A DNA stretch of 63,776 bases, counting the filler, from Chiloscyllium plagiosum (Eukaryota), in assembly GCF_004010195.1 (NCBI RefSeq). It is 4 parts of one record of this genome, joined end to end, with 100 filler letters (N's around TTAATTAATTAA, not from the genome) between each part and the next. Parts side by side here need not be neighbours in the genome. Positions count along the whole stretch, not along the records: positions 16,923 to 48,069 come from NC_057714.1; 3 more parts are not named here. One strand, 5' to 3'. Position 1 is the stretch's first letter, and the number at the start of each line of letters is the position of its first letter. Position numbers and translations under genes: made by a program. Of the stretch, positions 25,770 through 38,800 are shown one piece after another. Under the pieces are notes generated by a model. The model ran no database searches. It worked only from the letters and a program-made list of their open reading frames with translations, and was not told the origin of the DNA.

Positions 25770-27479
25770 ATTCCTAATGATGCACCGATGACTTCCAACG
25801 TGTTCATATTTCATAATGTTCATTCTCAAATAGAGTTGCAGTCACTCAATGACACTTCTGTGCCTTCAACGTACCCAAAGGATACATCAAAATACCTAGA
25901 AAATGAAGAGACACCTATGCCAAACAAAATGCATGTTCATCAATCTGTTGTAAAGGAGCAAAATTCCACTCGAGAGAGAGAGTACGTGTCTGCTGTGGAA
26001 AAAAAAGAATCTGATACAGATTTTAAAACAGAAAGTGAGCTCAAACATTTTATTTCACCATGTACCAAACTGTCCACTCCACAGGTGAATATTTCAACAT
26101 CTGAGGAGGTTGTTGGACAGAACATTCTCTCCCCACTTATGAGAGCACACATGACAGTACCTGCGGTACAACATTGCACTACAATTCTGGACCAGCATGA
26201 TTCAGTTTCTAATAAGTTTGGTCACCAAGGATGGGAAATGCCATCTGCAGACCAGAGTTATCAGAAGGAAAGTTACAGCCAACAGGTGATATTGAGACCA
26301 AAGAACAAAGGTACTGTCAGATATTTGGAAGATGTCGATTCCTCAAGTTCCTCTGGAGAAGATTCACCATCAAGTGATAACATAGCATTTATGATTACAA
26401 ACACTGAGGTCCAGGCTCTGTCCAGTGGAGAGGTCATTGACCTAGTGAATAAGAAAGGAGAAGATATACAGACTCTGAATGTGGATGCAAATAGAGAAAT
26501 GACAGCAGGTCAGGAGGCCGGGTGTGAAGACTCCATGCTTTTCACAGACAAAAAGCCAGTAATTATTATCTTTGATGAACCAATGGACATCCGATCAGCT
26601 TACAAAAGATTGTCAACAGTATTTGAGGAATGTGATGAAGATTTAGAGAGGATGATGGCAGAAGAGAGAATAGATGAGGAGAGTGAAGTTGTGGAACACT
26701 CCAATGATACAAAAACATTATCCGAATCTGGAATGAATAATGATGAACTACATTCAAACAGAATTTCTTCCACTCCGGATTTGGCAAATAATTCAGTATG
26801 TAATAAATCCAGTGGTCACGACCACGATATCCAACTTAGTTCTGCTGAAATTAATGCACCGAAAGAAAGTAAATCTGATCCAATAGAAAGTGATGACACC
26901 AAATCAGCTTGTGCAGAAAGCTTGCTTACAAATAAGGCAGATAACAAGAAGAAGTTTAAATTCAAATTCCCTAAAAAACAACTCGCAGCGCTGACCCAAG
27001 CTATTAAAACTGGTACAAAGACCGGGAAGAAAACCCTGCAGGTAGTGGTTTATGAAGATGAAGAAGAACTTGATGGAACAGTGAAACAGCACAAAGAAGC
27101 TAAACGCTTTGAGATTGTACAAGCAAATTGCAAAGATGAAGCCTCTACCAAAACCATGCAATCAAAGCAACATAACTCCACTGATGTGATACCTAATTCT
27201 TTCAGAACCGATCAGATTCGAAAGAATACTTACAAGACCTTAGACAGTCTTGAACAAACTATCAAACAATTAGAAACAACAATCAGTGAAATGAGTCCAA
27301 AGGAAGAAGACTACATAAACTACCCTTCTCAAAGCTCTGAATTATCTCAAGGGGCTATGTCATGGAATGAAATCAAATCTACTGAACAACTATTGCTTTC
27401 CTCTGCAAAGGCACCTCAAAATACCAAGACCAAACCACCACTACTTCCAAAAATCTCCACAAAAACCAGTGAATCACAG
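25770..27479 (+). CDS. KIAA1217: KIAA1217 (Sickle tail homolog) large internal exon, 570 codons
   Basis: Acceptor TTTTTTCAG|ATT, donor CAG|GTGTCC; SKT motifs DNIAFMIT, KKPVIIIFDEPMDIRSAYKRLST, KKKFKFKFPKKQLAALTQAI, RKNTYKTLDSLEQTIKQLE. Confidence 0.92.
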
Positions 27480-27971
27480 GTGTCCTATCGCATTCTTTAT
27501 TATCTGCTTCATGCGGGTGATGTGACTTCACTTTCTGGCATTTAACAGCTGAAGCATAACTGTTTAATGGTTTGGTGGACAGTGGTGTTGGGAAAAGCTA
27601 TTGTTAATTAATCTGATTGCAATTTGATTTTTGTTGATTTCAAAGTATTTTGACGCTTTGGTCTAACTGGGTGTTTGAACTTCAGGTAATGTAAGCTTCT
27701 TACAAAATAACTTCTGGTTTTCTGCCTCTGCACCCTCTAATCAAGCTTATATCTGGTAGAGATGGGAACTGTAACTCTGTTCACTGTGCATGGGAAGGCA
27801 AATTGTTTTTCCTAACAGGATAATGGTGATCAGTGTAGATACTACGAGATAACCAATCTTTGTGTTTTCTGATCTTCTGGACATCTGCTAATCCTCATTG
27901 TGATTCATAAAGTTCACAGAAGTAAGAGCCTACTGTGCCATGTTTTAATATGATGTTTAACTTTCTTCCAG

Positions 27972-28100
27972 AGTTCACATCTGATGTCCCCAAGCAGCAG
28001 AATGCCAGTTTCCGTAGGATCAAAACTAAGGCATCAACAAGGAACTACTGAAAAGGTGACAAAACAAAAGCTTCAGGACCCCCAGCGACAGTTCCGACAG
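27972..28100 (+). CDS. KIAA1217: KIAA1217 penultimate exon (43 codons)
   Basis: CTTTCTTCCAG|AGT...CGACAG|GTAGTT; encodes SSHLMSPSSRMPVSVGSK...KLQDPQRQFRQ, resembling SRMPV...KLQDPRQYRQ of SKT; phase 0-0. Confidence 0.88.
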
Positions 28101-28818
28101 GTAGTTTTATTCTAGACATCTGTCCAGAAAATAATGAAGCAATTATAATACTTGTCAATTTAATTACATCTGTTGACATTAAATTTCCATGTTGTTATAT
28201 CTCATTTCAATTGTTGAATTAAATTATGAACCCGGACCTGGTATCAGCTTCTTAATCCTGATGAACTCTGTGATATGTTCTGTGTCATTGTTGTAATAAT
28301 GTATCTTCCCATTCCTCTGTCAGTAACTTCTTGGTGATGTATGTCTGTATCCTTCTGTGCAGTAAACTATTTAACAAGTAACTTGCTATTTTGCTATTGT
28401 AATGTTTCCAATTTATTTTCTAAGAGGATTTTAGCATGTAATTAGAATGGCTGAATTAACCGGACCATAACCAGTACTGACTCATCTGAACTAACTACTG
28501 TGGAAATTTATATCAAGTGAATGATTTAAGAGTATGAATTACTGGTTAATTAGACACTTTTCATGCCTGCATTCTAATAGTAGAAAAGCATGGTTTTAAT
28601 AATCCTTAATATTCATACTTTTTTCTTTTATTTTCTTTCTTTCCACATTTATATGTTGTGGGATTTACCAGGTCCGTTAAACTCCTGCAAGGCTCACGAG
28701 GATAATAAGGTTCTGCACTGTTAATTCTTTTGTCTGCCTGGGGCTATTGTGGAGGCCCCATGGTTAAAATGTTGCTGGCTTTCTGACAAACTTTATCTCC
28801 TGCCATCTTTGTTTGCAG

Positions 28819-29322
28819 GCTAATGGAAGTGCTAAGAAAGCTGGTGGGGAGAGTAAGGTTACCTCTCCTACTTTACCTGCTTCTAAGATCCCTGCCCTAT
28901 CTTCTAGCTCTGGGAAAAGTAGCTCTGTGCCTGGTCCAAGCAATGACAACACTAATCATCTCAATACTTCCAGTAAATATCCCTTATCTACTGCTAATTC
29001 TGTCGCTCCAACTGCTGGCCGTAATGTTCAAATTCCATCTGTGTCCCATATCCCTTCTACATCTAATGGCTCCCTTAAGCTTCATGCTCAGAACTCTGCC
29101 TTAACAGGCAGAGGTCAGCCTCTTTCATTCCCACTACACACTCCAAATGGTAGGCCCTCTCCATCATCTTCATCCCCTTCCACCTCCCCAGTTTCTCCCA
29201 CCTCACTGACTCAAGGTGCAAAGAGCATCCGGACGATCCATACCGCTAGCTTCGCAAGCTACAAGCAACAGAACGTGAACCAGAGCAAATTCACCATGGC
29301 CGCTGTCAAAGAAACTGCATAG
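28819..29322 (+). CDS. KIAA1217: KIAA1217 last coding exon
   Basis: TTTGCAG|GCT; ANGSAKK...SPTLPASKIPALS...QGAKSIRTIHT...KETA*, matching the SKT C-terminus. Confidence 0.93.
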   Translation, partial: ANGSAKKAGGESKVTSPTLPASKIPALSSSSGKSSSVPGPSNDNTNHLNTSSKYPLSTANSVAPTAGRNVQIPSVSHIPSTSNGSLKLHAQNSALTGRGQPLSFPLHTPNGRPSPSSSSPSTSPVSPTSLTQGAKSIRTIHTASFASYKQQNVNQSKFTMAAVKETA

Positions 29323-30866
29323 AGGCAGCACGTTGGAACCCGTCCATCTTTCATTTTCTTTTGGTTTTCAATAATTTGCAGCAGGATGCTACTAATTTCA
29401 TTATGATTTTGTAAAGTTCCTCAGTGTGCATTCAGCAGAGTCAGAATTAACAGGTCTTTGTACATTGCAAATGCCAATTAATATTCCTTGAAATCATGCA
29501 AGGAATTGTGAAGGACACCTGCATTGTTTCTCTTGTAAATAATTGTTCTACCTAACCAGATTTAAAATCAGGTGGTATAATAAAAAGTTGCACATTAAGA
29601 CATTATGAACCTAATAGCGAAGGCATTCATCTGCTGGCAATTTTATTTCAAACACATTGTTTTGAATACAGAGTACTTTTTCAATTTGCACAGTTGATAT
29701 TGCTTTAACTATTGTAAAGTTTGAATAATGAACATTTGGGGTGGTGACTCAAGACTCACATATAAACTATTCCACACCAAGACCTTAAGAATATGGATGG
29801 AAAAACCTGAAGAATTATACCAGATTTAAGATGATATTCAGTATAGGTCTAAAGGTGAAAAGGTAACTGCACATACATAGTTTGCACTGAATTATACCTA
29901 CTCAACATATTTGTTTTTGGATATCTCACTATATTAATATGCTATAAACACTTTTATTTAATAGTTGTTTCTTAACCGTTGGCAGTTGCATTTCCTCTGC
30001 AGCTAAGAATACTAGGTCAAGAGTAGCTGCCTGTTGCTTAATGTATGATCTTTCGCAATTTTTTAATAACCATACTTAGCCACACATTTCATTGAGGCAA
30101 AAAAGTAATCAATATTCCAAATAAGTCAGCAATTTCCATGATTGAAAGTGCTTATAAATAATTAATGTTTCACATGGCGATGAAAAGGGGCAGGTAATGC
30201 AGTTTAAACATATGATTTGGATGAATGCGAGACTAGTGTATTGTTGTAGATATTTTCTCTTGTACTGCCATTCCCTCAAAAAATAATAAAGACATAAGTA
30301 TTGCTTTTTTAAGAGTGACGGGTGAAAAACTGTTTCCTATTTTGCATCAATGTTTATGTATAACTGACTTTACTTTCTAATTTCTCCAAAGTTGTGTTTT
30401 TCTACCCCATTTAATAGTCTTTAAAATCTAGTTGTAAAATTGTTTTCTAAAACTGATTTTGCCTATTTTTCAGGAAAGTCAATGATAGTTTGTTAGTTGC
30501 AGTTGCTTATTAAGGATTGTTAACCCACACTGAGAGTTGTAAAACTGGTATATTTTGTGTGTGTGTGTGTGTGTATTAAGCTATACATATATAGATATAT
30601 ACATACACACATATATCTGCTTATAAATCTGCAGGGATGCTTATAGTTTTCACTCTAGTACCAAAGTTTGTTTATTTGCATGCCTTTTTATTAGAAGATA
30701 TATTTTAAGAAACAAATGGGTATATGTGATCTATAAGATGGGGCATGTTTGCACATCCAGAGGTTTTTGTACAAAGTTTTGTTATTTGTAAAACATATTA
30801 TATTGTAAAAATATAGCATTGTGGTGAACTGCAGACTCTAGCCTTGTGAAGAAGCAATGAAATAAA
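29323..30866 (+). other. KIAA1217: KIAA1217 3' UTR
   Basis: AT-rich, no recognisable transposons; AATAAA at 30285 and 30861, the latter followed by a T/GT-rich tract; short (TG)n at ~30557. Confidence 0.6.
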
Positions 30867-31279
30867 AGGCTGCATGCTTGTAGTTCTGTTTCTTTTATTG
30901 ATGAATAATAAACTTAGCAAATTTCCTTTTGAAGGATGTTATAATTGTTGCTTGTGGTTAGCAGATGAAAGATAATCATTATTACATCTGACTGCTTTGG
31001 TATTTTTGTTTGAGGTGACTTACTAGGCAAGTTGCTCCAGAAATACTACTACTATCCTACTGAATCCGATAATTGGGAAGGGAATATTCAGCACTTTGGG
31101 AAAATCAGATTTCCAATTATAAATGCATAACAACTGATACAACAGAGTATCAACATGTCGCTGCCATTGTTGGAAAAGCTTTGAAAGCACCCATAACGTA
31201 CATTACAAAGTGATAATTTACTTTAATGGAAGTAAACTAATCCCAATAAATTTGATTATCCTTTTAAATCCATAACACA

Positions 31280-32420
31280 AGCTTAAAAATAGGAGCAGGA
31301 GTAGGCTTTAAGCCCTTTGAGCCTGGTCTGCCAGTCAATATGACCAAGGCTGATCATCCAACTCCGTACCCTGTTCCTGCTTTCTCCTCTTAGTTCATCA
31401 AGTAAATGGATCAAAGATTAAAATGGTAACTCAGTGGTTAGCACTGCTCTCTCACAGCACCAGGGTCCCAGGTTCAATTCCAGCCTTGGATGACTGTCTG
31501 CGTGGAGTTTGCACATTCTCCCTGTGTCTGCGTGGGTTTCCTCCGGGTGCTCCGGTTTCCTCCCACAGTCCAAAGATATGCACGTCAGATGAATTGGCCA
31601 TGTTAAATTGCCCATAGTGTTAGATCCATTAGTCAGAGGAAAATGGGTCTGGGTGGGTTACTCTTCAGATGGTCAGTGTGGACTGGTTGGGCCAAAAGGC
31701 CTGTTCTCATTAACTCCTCCTTGAAAACATTGTGTTTTGGCTTTAATTGCTTTGTGTTAGAGAATTCCACAGGCTCACCACTCTGGGTGAAGAAGGTTTT
31801 AACTCAGCTGAGTCCAAAATTGTCTACCTTGTATCTTTAAACTGAAACTTCTGATTCTGAATTCCCTGGCCATTGGAAACATCCTGCATTTACCCTGTCG
31901 CGTCTTGTTAGAATTTTATAGACTTCTCTGAGATCCTTCCTCAATCTTCTCAGCTCCAGTAAATATAGTGCAAATAAGTCCAGTCACTCTTCATTAGACA
32001 GTCCTGCCATTCCAGAAATCAGTTTGGCAACCTTCGTTGTACTTCCTCCATAGCCAGAACATCCTTCCTCAGATAAGGAAACCAAAGCTGCACACAATAC
32101 TCTAGGTGTGGTCTCACCAGGGCCTTGTAAATTGCAGCAAGGCATGCCTATTCCTATACTTGAATCCTCTTGCTCTGAAGGCCAACATACCATTTGTTGT
32201 CTTCACCTGCTACGTCTGCCTGTTAACTTTCACCAACTGTTGTGCAAGAAAAGCAGCTCTTGTTGAGCCTTCCTTTTTCCTAATCTTATCACCAGTACTT
32301 GTTAATCTGCCTTCCTGTATTTGCTACTAAAGTGGATAACCTCACTTTTATCCATGTTATGTAACATGCATTTGCCCACTCACTCAACTTGTTCAAATTA
32401 CACTGAAGCATTTCTGCAAC
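31280..32420 (-). mobile_element. CR1 3' fragment with HE1 SINE inserted (31423-31705, +)
   Basis: Reverse complement of CR1 ORF2 C-terminal coding sequence and 3' UTR; SINE head TGGTTAGCACTGCT...GGTTCAATTCC. Confidence 0.75.
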
Positions 32421-32449
32421 CTCTTCAGAGTTCACCCACCCTCCCAACT

Positions 32450-34680
32450 CCTGTACTCAATACTCTGACCAATAAAGGAAAGCATACCAAACGCCACCTT
32501 CACTATCCTATCTACCTGCAACTCCACTTTCAAGGAGCTGTGAACCTGCACTCCAAAGTCTCTAGGACCTTACCATTAAGTGTATAAGTCCTGCTCTGAT
32601 TTGCTTTCCCAAAATGCAGCACCTCGCATTTATCTGAATTAAACTCTATCAGCCACTTCTCACTTCTCCTTTTCCACATTAAATACTGATGCAAAATACT
32701 CGTTTAGTATCTACCCCATCTCCTGCAGCTCCACTCAAAGGCCGCCTTGCTGGTCTTTGAGGGGCCCTATTCTCTCCCTAGTAACCCTTTTGTCCTTACT
32801 GTATTTGTAAAAACCCTTTGGATTCTCCTTAACTCTATTTGCCAAAGCTATCTCATGTCCCATTTTTTCCCTCCTGATTTCTCTATTATGCGTACTCGTA
32901 CTGTTTATATACTCGTCTAAGGATTCACTCGATCTGTCCTGTCTGTACCTGACATATGCTTCCTTTTTTTTTCTTAACCAAACCCTCAATTTCTTTAGTC
33001 ATCCAGCATTCCCTATATCTACCAGCCTTTCCTTTCACCCTGACAGGAATATACTTTCTCTGGACTCTCATTATCTTATTCCTGAAGGCTTCCCATTTTC
33101 CAGCCATCCCTTTACCTGCGAACATCTGCCCCCAGTCTTCCTCCAATTTAGAACTTCAACTTTTCGATCTGGTCTGTCCTTTTCCATCATTATTTTAAAA
33201 TTAACAGAATTATGGTCACTGGCCCCAAAGTGTTCCCCCACTGACACCTCAGTCATCTGTCCTGCCTTATTTCCCAAGAGTAGGACAAGTTTTGCACCTT
33301 CTCTAGTCAGTACATCCACATACTGAATCAGAAAATTTTCTTGTACACACTTAACAAATTCCTGACCATCTAAACCTTTAACACTATGGCAGTCCCAGTC
33401 TATGTTTGGAAAGTTAAAATCCCCTACCATAACCACCCTATTATTCTTACAGATAGCTGAGATCTCCTTACAAATTTATTTCTCAATTTCCCTCTGACTA
33501 TTAGGGGGTCTATAATACAATCCCAGTAAGGTGATCATCCCTTTCTTATTTCTCAGTTCCACCCAAATAACTTCCCTAGATGTATTTCTGGGAATATCCT
33601 CCCTCAGTACAGCTGTAATGCTATCCCTTATCAAAAATGCCACTTCCCCTCCTCTCTTGCCTCCCTTTCTGTCCTTCCTGTAGCATTTGTATCCTGGAAC
33701 ATTTAAGCTGCCAGTCCTATTCATCCCTGAGCCATGTTTCTGTAATTGCTATGATATCCCAGTCCCATGTTCCTAACTCATATTCCTGAGTTTATCTGCC
33801 TTCCCTTTTAGGCCTTTGCATTGAAATAAATGCAGTTTAATGCTGTCCTACCTTGTTCTCTGCTTTGTTCCTGCTTGCCCTGACTGACTCACCTTTGTTC
33901 TCAACTGTACCAGTGTCAGAATGAAATCTTTCTTCACTATCTCCCTGCCCACAGAAGACTCCTGTCTACCTCTCTTACCTTTCCTGGAGTTAACCCATCT
34001 ATGTGACTGTATCTGAGACTCCACCCTCCCCTTTCCTATAACTGCCATCTATCACACCCCTTTGCTCTTGTAAGTTCCTCAGTGCCTCTCCAACTGATCC
34101 ATTCGATCTGGTAGGATTCGCAACCAATGGCACTTATTGTAGATATAATCCTTAGTAACCCATAAACTCTCCCTAAACTCCCACATCTGACAAAAAGAGC
34201 ATCTCACTACTAAGGGCCATTTTTTGCTTCTTTCAATCTACATTCCAGAAAATAGCACTGTCTTATTCCTCTGCAAAACACTGCTCCAGGTTAAATTAAT
34301 ACTTCTGGCTTATATTTTAAGTTTAATCAAGAGACATAAATCAATAAAACATATAATCAAGAAAGTACTCACTACTGCAGACTTATTTTAAGGCCGCACT
34401 TAAAATCCACTTGTCTGATTCTGTGCTGTGACCTTTCCCAAACAAGTTCCTCCAAGATCAGTTTTGAATGTCACTTTTCAATTTTTCTAGACTCACTCCG
34501 ATGTCCAGCGATACACAAATTCAAATAGCAAAGTTCCAAAACATTGCAACAGCATATACAACAGTAATTGCTGCACCTGGAATTCAAGGAAATCACCTCC
34601 AACACCTAGAGCACCTCAATAAAGGAGCAGCTGTGTTACAGCCAGAAATTTTTCCCATCCTCCATCTTGGATTACCCAGA
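32450..34680 (-). mobile_element. CR1 LINE 5' part (5' UTR, decayed ORF1, APE endonuclease) with internal deletion
   Basis: Minus-strand PGYKCYRKDRKGGKRGGEVA, GLYYRPPNS, VGDFNFPNIDW, SDHNSV, KENPKGFYKY. Confidence 0.85.
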
Positions 34681-35874
34681 ATCTTTTTGATGGGATTATG
34701 TTGTGTTGATTTCTGTGGACAGGTTATATCTCGTCAATGTTTCACTTTGTTATTGATTCAAGTTTTGTAATTGTACTGGAACAGATTGAATAGTGGTGTG
34801 GCTAGTTCTGGAGTTCAGGTCTTCAGTACTACAGCTTATAGCTTTTTCTCTATCTTGTAGGATTATCTGTTTCATGATATCAGAGTGAATCAAATCTGTG
34901 ATGCTGGAGGTCTCTGGATCATTGATTATTAAGTCTGGTAGAAGGTAGTTGCAAATGCTTCAGCATTTGTGCTGACCTAATCCATTGTTGAGGTTTGTAG
35001 TACTTGTGGAGCCTTTTCCTCTGGTAAGATCTTTGTCCACCACAATTCAGTACTGAATATGGGCCACATGACAGAGCTTTGGTTTCTCCTTTGATTGCAA
35101 GACCACATAGCTCTGTCTATCATGGACAACGTCACCAAAATCAATTTTTAGTGAGTCCTTTGTTGCTTCTCACCACCCTCTTGTACCTCATGTATTTTGT
35201 GGAAGTTTGAACTTTGAAAACATTAGCAAGTTTCTTTTCATATACAGTATGGGACTCAATCAGTCCACTTGCAAAACACAACGTTGTATCTATTGTAGGA
35301 TTTGATTCAACTGTTTGACTTTTAAATTTTGTTCTGGTGTAATTCTAACATTGTCAGGCTAGCAATGTGATTCATTTATGTGTGCTAAAAGGTCCATTTA
35401 CTTTCACACTCGGTCCTTGACGAAGAATGTGTCCACACATGGCACCTTTTCAACAATCAGAGGTGTGGAGACTATCCATCTCTGCTGCACCACCATGATA
35501 AAGCCCTGACCTGTCAGCCAAGCTGCTTGGTTTAAATTTAATTAGTTAAATAGTACAATTAAGAGTTTCTACAGCTCTCCATGCCAAGCATTACTCAATC
35601 AATTGTGATGTCCTTTTGTGCTGTACAAATTGTTGCTTCCTTTCTACCCTTGATTTTTCTTGAGTTTTACTCCTGAGTGCTAGATGAAAAACCTTTGGCT
35701 TCATGTCTCTACTATGTTTTAATACCTGAGTCCCTCTGCTTGCTGCCTCCAGCTTTACCTTGTGATCTTACCGTAGATCAGGCAGAGCACTTCCCAATTT
35801 CTTGCTGTCCCACTACTGGTGCCAATGTCCCATGAAATGGAACTTCTCTTTCTCACTTCCATTTCCAGTCATGT

Positions 35875-38800
35875 ATTTGCTGAGAAGTGCGAGGGAGGAG
35901 TGGAGGACTGCTGGGAAGGTGAGTGTGACAGCTTAAAATACTTACCTCTGGCATCGGGGCCTCCATTTGCTGAGAAATGCGACTGAGGAGCGGAGGACTG
36001 CTGGGAAGGTGAGTTTTTTAAAAAAAAAAAAGTTTTGAACAGACCGGTGAGGACAGAGGGTGGAGAGAAACGGGTTGCTGGGAAGTTTTTAAGTAGGTGA
36101 GATCTAAACCAGAGATCCTACACAATAGGGCTTCCCTCCCACCCACCACCTCTAACCTCGCTAAGAGTCTGTAAACTCGGTAAGTTTTCAGGTTTTCTCT
36201 TTTTTTTCCCCTTCTCTTGTTTTGTCCCGCGTGGGCTTTCAGATTAGCAGGGTATGGCCATTAGGGCAGTTGCATGTTCCTCCTGCAGAATGTGGGAGGT
36301 GAGAGATACGACACATGTCTCTGCTGACCACATCTGCGGGAAGTGCACCCAACTCCAGCTCCTCAAAAACAGAGTTAGGGAACTGGAGCTGGATGAATTG
36401 CGGATCATGCAGGTGGCTGAAGAAGAAATTGAGAGGACATAAAGGGAGGTGGTCTCTCCTCAGACATAGGATGAGGACAGCTGGGTTACAGTCAGGGGAA
36501 GGAAAGGGAACCAACAGATAGGGCAGAGATCCCCTGTGGCCGTTCTCCTCAGCAATAATTATACCGTTTTGGATGCTGCTGGTGGGGACGGCCTACCAGG
36601 GGAAAATCATAGTTGTCAGCTCTCTGGCACTGAGCCTGAGGAAAGGGATTGAGGATCTGAAAAGTGACTACAGAGAGCTAGGTTGGAAGCTGAAGAGCAG
36701 GACGAGTAGAATAGTGATCTCAGGTTTGCTACCGGTGCCACGAGACAGTGAGGTAAGGAACAGTCAGAGAATGCAGCTTAACACATGGCTGTGAGGCTGG
36801 TGTAGGAGGGAGGGCTTCAGATACCTAGACCATTGGGATACCTTCTGGGGACGGTGGGACCTGGACATGAAGGACGAGTTGCACTTGAACTGGAGGGGCA
36901 CAAATGTCTTGGGTGGGAGATTTGTTTGTGTGGTTCGGGAGGGTTTAAACTAGTTTGGCAAGGGGTGGGAATCAGATCTACATATCTGAGAGGGGGGTAG
37001 TTGTAGATGGGGCAGTGACAGGATGTAGTGAATCTATTGGGAAGGTTTCTCACATGATGAAACAAAAGGATTAGTTAATGTGTGTCTGCTTTAACGCAAG
37101 GAGTGTCAGAAATAAGAGTGATGAACTTAGAGCATGGATCATCACTTGGGGCTATGATGTTGTGGCCATAATGGAAATGTGGGTTTCACAGGGGCAGGAA
37201 TGGTTGCTAGATGTTCCAGGATTTAGAATCTTTAAAAAGAACAGGGAGGGTGGAAAAAGAGGAAGGGGTGTAGCTTTGCTAATCAGCGAGTGCATCACAG
37301 CTACAGAAATGAAAGTTATTGAGGAGTGTTTGTCTACTGAGTCAGTATCGGTGGAAGTTAGGAACAGCAAGGAAGCAGCCATCTCATTAGAGGTTTTCTA
37401 CAGACTCCCTAACAGCAGTAGGGAGATTGAAGAACTGATAAGCTGGCAGATTTTGGAAGAATGCAGATGTAGCAGGGTGGCTGCTATGGGTGACTTCAAT
37501 TTTCCCAATATTGACTGGAACCTCCTTAGTGCAGATGGTTTGGATGGAGCCAATTTTGTTAGGTGTGTTCAGGAGAGTTTCTTTACTCAGTATGTAGACT
37601 GGCCGACGAGGGGAGAAGCCATTTTGGATTTGGTGCTTGGCAATGACCCAGGACAAATGTCAGATGTCGTGGTGGGGGAACACTCTGACAGTGACCACAG
37701 CTGCCTCACATTCTCCATAACCATGGAGAGGGAAAGGAGCAGTTACCCTGGAAAGATATTTAATTGGGGAAAAGGAAGTTATGACGCTATCAGACAGGAG
37801 TTGGGAAGTACAGACTGGGAGCAATTGTTCCACAGAGAAGGCATAGCAGTCATGTGGAGTGTTTAAGGAGCAGTTATTGCGAGTGATGCACAAATTTGTT
37901 CCTATGAGACAGGTAAGAAGGAGTAAGATTAAGAAGCCTAGGATGATGAGAACAGAGGAGCTTCTCGTCAAAAGGAAGAAGGCAGCTTACATAAGGTGGC
38001 AGAAGCAAGGATCGAGCCCAGCTTTAGAGGATTACAGGCTTACTAGAAAGGAGCTCAGAAATGGACTGAGGAGAGCCAGGAGGGGGCATGAGAAAGACTT
38101 GGCAGGGAGGATTAGGGAGAACCCAAAGGCATTTTACTCATATGTGAGGAATAAGAGAATGATCAGGGAGAAGGTAGGGCTGATCAGGGATAGCGGAGGG
38201 AACCTCTGCATGGAGTCTGAGCAGATAGGGGAGGCCCTAAATGAGTTTTTTGCTTCGGTTTTCACTAAGGAAAGGGATCTTGTTGTGAATGAGAAGCTGG
38301 GATACGGACTTGAACAGAGCAAGGTTGATGAAGTTGATGTGTTGGAAATTCTGGCGAACATTAAGATTGATAAGTCCTCAGGGCCAGACCAGATTTATCC
38401 TAGGTTACTCCAGGAAGCGAGAAAGGAGGTCACTAAGCCGCTGGTGAAAGTCTTTGCTTCCTTACTCTCCACGGGAGTCATACCGGAGAATTGGAAGGAG
38501 GCGAATGTCGTTCCTCTTTTCAAAAAAGGTAATAGGGAAATTCCTGGCAATTACAGACCAGTCAGTTCTATGTCTGTGGTCAGCAAAGTTTTGGAAAGAA
38601 TTCGGAGTGATAGATTTATGACTATTTGGAAAAGCATAGTGTGATTAAGGGCAGCATCCTGGTAAACCTTCTTTGCACCCTCTCCAAACCCTCTGTATCT
38701 TTCCTATAGTAGGGGCAACAAGAACTGGACACAATATTCCAAGTGTGGTCAGCATGGTTTTGTGAGGGGCAGGTCGTGCCTAACTAATCTTATTGAGCTC

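Noticed and set aside
25758..27545. 595-aa stand-alone gene
   Set aside because: TTG start lies in the polypyrimidine tract; flanked by splice sites; it is an internal KIAA1217 exon.
35938..35947. U1 snRNA 5' end ATACTTACCT (also ~49712)
   Set aside because: Only 10-11 nt match with no further U1 sequence.
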